Source of the DNA: Phycisphaerales bacterium
Lineage (GTDB): Bacteria > Planctomycetota > Phycisphaerae > WQYP01
Reading direction: 5' to 3'
NCBI GenBank assembly: GCA_027451365.1
Contig: DAIDJN010000056.1
Location: 1-64,000 of the forward strand
DNA: 64,000 bases
Below, piece by piece: positions 60,208-64,000 of this stretch. Every line of letters begins with the position of its first letter. Within the stretch, counting starts at the first letter, position 1. The translations under genes and the position numbers were made by a program. The notes under the pieces were generated by a model that had not been told where the DNA came from, did no database searches, and saw nothing but the letters and a program-made list of their open reading frames with translations.

Positions 60208-60447
60208 TCGCACACTCCTGTCACCGGAATCAACATAATATCAGTTGCGTGATGATTGCCCCACCATTCCCAAGCCATCCTGCAAACGCCGTCGGTGTTG
60301 CGGCGTCAGATTCCGGAATCCGTTCGCCGCCCGCACCACAACCTCCGGCGTTCCGCACGCCGATTGGGACATTGCCGTTTTGATGGCCTCGCGGTAAACA
60401 CCAAATGACGACGTGCGGAACACCGGGGCGTCCACCGCGCCAAAGAA

Positions 60448-61491
60448 TTACCATTTCGTACCGCCAGGCTTTGAAATTTCCAGCCGCGGTACCATGCAGA
60501 TGTCGTATGGGGGAATATTCGGCGTAACGCCCGCCACGACCGGGCCCGCATGACTGCCGCCGTAACCCGTTAATTCGGTGGCCTGGAAACTCAAACCGTT
60601 CTGTCCGACCATGGCCGCGGTGCTGTCGTAGCAGAAAATATTGTCGGAATTCTGGCCGACATAAGGATTGTCCGACCAGGCGACGTGGCCATCGCCGAAG
60701 CCCACATTCTGTCCATCTCCATTATGATTGGGTGTATTATAAATATAGGGTCCATAAGTGTTTCCGCCGGGTAAGGCGTTGGTGATCCTTTGGGCGGATG
60801 TGCCAGCGCCATTGCCACCTTCCGGAACCGGCGCAATATCACTGACCAACGGAACATCCGCACCATCTTTGCTGCTCCACCACGCACCCGGTTCACCATT
60901 TGCCTGCCAGGGATAGGCGATGGAATAGCTTTCTCCTTGGCCATTGCCACCCACCGCGGACTGACTGGTGGACATGAAACTGAAGCAAACATACGTATTC
61001 GGCAGGCCGTTACCTGAAGTCAGGCCATATTCCAGCGATGGACCGATTGCGAATGGATCTGACGGACAGATGAAACTCTTGGGACTCATCGCGCCGGTCA
61101 GCACCAGCATCCACATGCACTGCAGCGGATCGGCAACAGGATTGGCCGTCGCTGCGGAAGCGTAATACGCCTGTACTGTGGAAAGCCCGCTTTTGCCGGG
61201 CGTGGTAAGTCCCACGCCGGCGACTCCGGTAGGAGCGTTATAAAATGTACCGGCGGAATTTCCTGGTGTGGTCGGAAAAATCGAATGATTGCTTTGCGCG
61301 TAAATGACCATGGACTGAACCAGACTGCGCACATTCGAAGAGCAGACCGCCCGATTCGCGTCTTCCTTGGCTTGCGCCAGTGCCGGCAGCAGAATCGCGA
61401 TCAGCAATGCGATGATGGAAATGACCACAAGAAGCTCAATTAGTGTAAAACCGCGCCCAACCGTTCCGGAATGCTTGTGTCTGTTGACCAT
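60448..61491 (-). CDS. prepilin-type N-terminal cleavage/methylation protein (DUF1559-like) with H-X9-DG motif
   Basis: [34 protein letters not shown] and [14 protein letters not shown]. Confidence 0.92.
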   Translation of the reverse strand: MVNRHKHSGTVGRGFTLIELLVVISIIALLIAILLPALAQAKEDANRAVCSSNVRSLVQSMVIYAQSNHSIFPTTPGNSAGTFYNAPTGVAGVGLTTPGKSGLSTVQAYYASAATANPVADPLQCMWMLVLTGAMSPKSFICPSDPFAIGPSLEYGLTSGNGLPNTYVCFSFMSTSQSAVGGNGQGESYSIAYPWQANGEPGAWWSSKDGADVPLVSDIAPVPEGGNGAGTSAQRITNALPGGNTYGPYIYNTPNHNGDGQNVGFGDGHVAWSDNPYVGQNSDNIFCYDSTAAMVGQNGLSFQATELTGYGGSHAGPVVAGVTPNIPPYDICMVPRLEISKPGGTKW

Positions 61492-62286
61492 GATAACTGT
61501 CTCCATAAAAACACCGGCGGCGGACCACATGTCCCGGCCGAAAAATTCACCACCGTCTCATGAACCGAACCCAAATCAGCTCAGGCAGCCGCAATAGATG
61601 CGCAAGGTTCGGACAATCAATTATTTCAGTTCGCCAAACCCGCCATTGCCTGCGATTATCTGGCTGCGGGTGCGTCCGTACTTTTCAAAAGACGTCGGCA
61701 GAAATGCCCGCGTCAAATGTGCTGGTCAGAACTTTTGTTCGCCAGAATTTAATATGACAGACGTCTGCGGCCGTCCTCGGCCGAATGACTGGCAAGTTCA
61801 AACAATGTTCAAACCAACCAGACCGGATACCGATAGCCGGAAAACTGAAGCTGGCGGACCTTTGATAAAGTCGATCAGAAAAAGCACCAGCGTCACGAAA
61901 TAATTCTAACACAAAAAAAATACATTGTCAAGCCGAAAATAAAAATATTGTTGGAATTATTCAATTAACATGCGCTGTGATTATGCGCACATTGTTTATT
62001 CGTGCCAAATTTGCCAAACTGGATATGTTTTAAAGCCAAATTATTAGATGTATTCGAAAAACAATCGATTTCGTCGAAAAATTAGGCATAAATGATTCCG
62101 AACGGCCTATTTTACGGTAGTCCTATAATCCGATTTCGTCGTCTCAATTCGCGCGACAAATTCACGATTTACTCAAAAATTGGTTGTAATTTGGCCTATC
62201 ATAATCTAGAATGGAAGTAACTTTTTAGCGCACAGGTGCGCAACACTTGATGGCTGAATGGCAGCCGTGATCATGTCGGAGATTTC

Positions 62287-63645
62287 ATGAGCACAATCTT
62301 TTCAAGGCATGCCGCAGGGATCGATTCGGGTGCCCCGATTAAGCCGGCCGAATTACACGATTTGGTTCACCAGACCCTCGCCCGGCAGCCCGCCACGGAC
62401 ATGCATACCCATCTGTATGCGCCCGCATTCGGCACGCCGGTGACAAATCGAACGGGGAAAACAGATCCGGATGGCCTTCTGCTGTGGGGCATTGAGGAAC
62501 TTGTAACCTACCATTATCTGGTGGCGGAAGTTTACCGCATTGTGCCGGCAACCAGGCTGCCTTATGACCAATTCTGGCGCTGGCCAAAATCGCGACAGGC
62601 AGACTACATATGGAAGCACCTATTTGTTGAAAATACGCCGGTCAGTGAGGCCTGCCGCGGCGTATTGACGACTCTTTCGCGGCTGGGACTGGACCCGAAT
62701 GAAAAAACGCTCGACAACTACCGCGCGTTTTTTGCCGCACAGGAACCGGGTCAATACATAGACAAAGTCATGTCCCTGGCGAATGTTTCTAGTATCACCA
62801 TGACCAATTCCGTGTTTGATGACAACGAACGCTCCCGCTGGCTGGCGAATCCGAAAATTGCCGCCGATCCGCGATTTCGCGCCGTGTTACGGATCGATCT
62901 TCTGCTGCGAAATTTTCCGCAGGCGGCCGCCAAACTCGCCGAATGGGGTTATGCCGTGGAATCAGAACCGACGCCCGCGACTGTGGATGAGGTCAAGCGA
63001 TTCCTTTCCGACTGGCTGGATCTTCAGCAGGCAATTTATCTGGCATTGAGTCTGCCCCCGGATTTTCGTTATCCCGCCAATCCGGCCGACTCTGTCGGTC
63101 AGGCCGGTCAGTCTATTTTGGAAAAGGCTGTTTTACCCGTCTGTGCTCAGCGGAATATTCCATTTGCCATGATGATCGGTTCCAACCTGCGGACCCAGCC
63201 GGCGTTACGCGACGCCGGCGATACCTGTGGCCTGGCTGATATACCAAGCGTGGCCCGGCTATGCAGGGATTTTCCCGCCAACAAGTTCCTGGTGACCCTT
63301 CTTTCGCGGGAAAATCAGCACGAGCTTTGCGTCATAGCCCGCAAGTTTTCCAATCTTATGCCGTTTGGCTGCTGGTGGTTTCTGAACAACCCAAGCCTGA
63401 TCACGGAAATGACACGGATGCGGTTTGAGCTGCTGGGCACATCCTTCATTCCCCAGCATTCCGATGCGCGGATTCTGGACCAGTTGATCTATAAATGGGA
63501 TCACAGCCGTCAGGTCATCGCCACTGTTCTGGAGGAAATGTATCAGCGTATTTTGCGCACCGGCCGCACGATTACCGCGGCCGACATCGCGCGCGATGCG
63601 GAGAAATTGCTGGCGGGCAATTTTCAGTCGTTTCTGGCCCAATAA
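62287..63645 (+). CDS. uxaC: uronate (glucuronate/galacturonate) isomerase, divergent family
   Basis: DMHTH metal motif, TYHYL.AE, SEACRG, GCWWF and HSDAR; adjacent to pectinases. Confidence 0.85.
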   Translation: MSTIFSRHAAGIDSGAPIKPAELHDLVHQTLARQPATDMHTHLYAPAFGTPVTNRTGKTDPDGLLLWGIEELVTYHYLVAEVYRIVPATRLPYDQFWRWPKSRQADYIWKHLFVENTPVSEACRGVLTTLSRLGLDPNEKTLDNYRAFFAAQEPGQYIDKVMSLANVSSITMTNSVFDDNERSRWLANPKIAADPRFRAVLRIDLLLRNFPQAAAKLAEWGYAVESEPTPATVDEVKRFLSDWLDLQQAIYLALSLPPDFRYPANPADSVGQAGQSILEKAVLPVCAQRNIPFAMMIGSNLRTQPALRDAGDTCGLADIPSVARLCRDFPANKFLVTLLSRENQHELCVIARKFSNLMPFGCWWFLNNPSLITEMTRMRFELLGTSFIPQHSDARILDQLIYKWDHSRQVIATVLEEMYQRILRTGRTITAADIARDAEKLLAGNFQSFLAQ

Positions 63646-63684
63646 CAGGTCGCGTTCGAACCAGACCTATCCGTCGGCTGGCGC

Positions 63685-64000
63685 TCAGGCCGCATTGGGT
63701 TGCGAAGCGGGACTTCCGATCCCCAGCAAATTGGATTCGGGCCGGTACGGCCTGGTTGTGGCAATAAACCGCTCCGCGGCTTGCGCATCCATCGGTTTGG
63801 CCAGAAAATATCCTTCGTAAAAATCACAGCCAATCTCACGACAAAGTTGCGCCAATTCGGCCGTTTCCACACCTTCGGCAATGACGCCCACATTCAGCGA
63901 ATGCGCCAGAACCGTAATTGCCCGCACAATGGATCTGCTGACCGAATCGTCGTGCATGGACCCCACGAAACTGCGGTCAATTTTAAGTGCATGCACCGGC
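63685..64000 (-). CDS. EAL-domain (c-di-GMP phosphodiesterase) protein, C-terminal part
   Basis: LKIDRSFV, VIAEGVET and GCDFYEGYFLAKP; runs off the window edge. Confidence 0.85.
   Translation of the reverse strand, partial: PVHALKIDRSFVGSMHDDSVSRSIVRAITVLAHSLNVGVIAEGVETAELAQLCREIGCDFYEGYFLAKPMDAQAAERFIATTRPYRPESNLLGIGSPASQPNAA

Noticed and set aside
1..64000. tRNA or rRNA genes
   Set aside because: No cloverleaf/T-loop or rRNA signature noticed by eye; tRNAscan-SE or Infernal would be needed to exclude them formally.

Overview
Bacterial chromosomal window, most likely from a Planctomycetota (Phycisphaerae-like) genome. This is inferred from the DUF1559-type prepilin proteins, eukaryote-type UDP-GlcNAc pyrophosphorylase, tandem-domain QueD and secreted HEAT-repeat protein. 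The window starts in the trailer end of a CRISPR array (37-bp repeat) that abuts the 3' end of glmS. The housekeeping backbone includes glmS, an EF-G paralog, thiO-like, lnt, queD, thrS, rne/rng, katA-oxyR, lipB, lon, hsp20, lysA, bamD and lptE. It carries four accessory modules. (1) 7.2-13.4 kb: an intact, co-oriented operon with an HK97-type major capsid protein, holin/spanin-like membrane genes, an SGNH hydrolase, a beta-rich protein and a two-domain glycosyltransferase. No portal, terminase, protease, tail or integrase gene is visible anywhere in the window. (2) 23.9-25.8 kb: an ABC-type ATPase plus DUF4276 (TOPRIM-like) pair, a candidate anti-phage or toxin-antitoxin system. (3) 34-42 kb: an array of orphan RHS toxin-tip/immunity cassettes embedded in a dense mosaic of non-coding repeats. 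(4) 54.5-63.6 kb: a pectin-utilisation locus headed by a DUF1559-type prepilin protein. Two tiny Lys-rich ORFs with their own promoter-like signals, an apparently inactive PhoD and an IS66 remnant are also visible. All calls come from motif reading by eye; no database searches were run.
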